NCBI GenBank assembly: GCA_043228905.1
Contig: JBHGNT010000007.1
Coordinates: forward strand, 15,934,001-15,998,000
DNA: 64,000 bases
Origin: Azolla caroliniana
Lineage: Eukaryota > Plantae > Polypodiophyta
Direction of reading: 5' to 3'
Shown: piece after piece, positions 63,600-64,000 of the stretch
Layout: every line of letters starts with the position of its first letter
Position numbering within the stretch: position 1 is the stretch's first letter
Notes under the pieces: generated by a model
Told to the model about the DNA's origin: nothing
Databases searched by the model: none
Seen by the model: the letters and a program-made list of their open reading frames with translations, nothing else
Translations under genes and position numbers: made by a program

Positions 63600-64000
63600 T
63601 GTCCCTCTAGTGGGAGGAGCCGACTGATTTGGGCCAAGAAGTGCCAATAGTTAAAAGACAAGGAGGAGCCAACTGTTCGGACCGAATGCCGATAGTTGAA
63701 GAGTCGACTATGAGAAAGTTGACTATGAAAATTGACTGGGTGAGTCAACAGGAAGGAGATCTAGGTCGAAGACATGACCGACTAGTCGGGCCGACCGGAT
63801 GCTCAATGACCTGGCCGACTAGACAGTCGACACTAGAGTCGAATGATGGCTATTTATTATTATAGATAATAATAGTAGTGATGTGTAGTAGGGGCTACAC
63901 TTGTAAATAGCCCATATGATGTATGAGTATAAATACATCTAGGGCAAATGTTGAGTATAGAGCGTGAGTAGAACAAAATAGTGTGTGCCTCTGTTTTGGT
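63600..64000. mobile_element. Probable start of another LTR interrupting the Copia gag
   Basis: Copia homology stops at a TG (TGTCCCTCTAG), followed by repeated CCGAC/GTCGAC motifs and TATAAATA at about 63928. The other end is outside the window. Confidence 0.4.

Overview
Plant nuclear DNA, probably from a fern or other seed-free plant. This is inferred from an apparently unedited plastid petD insert and a PLS/E-type PPR gene; the species is not determined. Bases 1-39.4 kb are a nest of LTR retrotransposons whose boundaries can be resolved by target-site duplications (TSDs). Gypsy G1 (minus strand) hosts Gypsy G2 (plus strand, 6890-36539) in its LTR. G2's 5' LTR hosts Gypsy G3 (7318-21367), G3 hosts Gypsy G4 (8671-16721), and G4 hosts a solo LTR (11408-12426) that carries a plastid petD fragment. 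G2's pol also hosts a non-autonomous hAT (23682-29966), which hosts a full-length Copia (23744-29196). Beyond the nest are an intronless PLS-class PPR-E gene (40393-43038), a Copia solo LTR, a lipid phosphate phosphatase gene with 7 coding exons (49502-52914), a decayed L1-type LINE (about 54.8-60.6 kb) and rearranged Copia remnants. The most unusual signals are: (i) a sense copy of a tRNA 3' end, where the PPT should be, 2 nt before G2's 3' LTR; (ii) a conserved G_GAU_UUU-stop-hairpin/pseudoknot -1 frameshift cassette between protease and RT in G1/G3/G4; (iii) 4-bp TSDs centred on CpG for that lineage; and (iv) tRNA-derived Pol III-like modules inside LTRs. All comparisons were made by eye, and reference tRNA and plastid sequences were recalled from memory.
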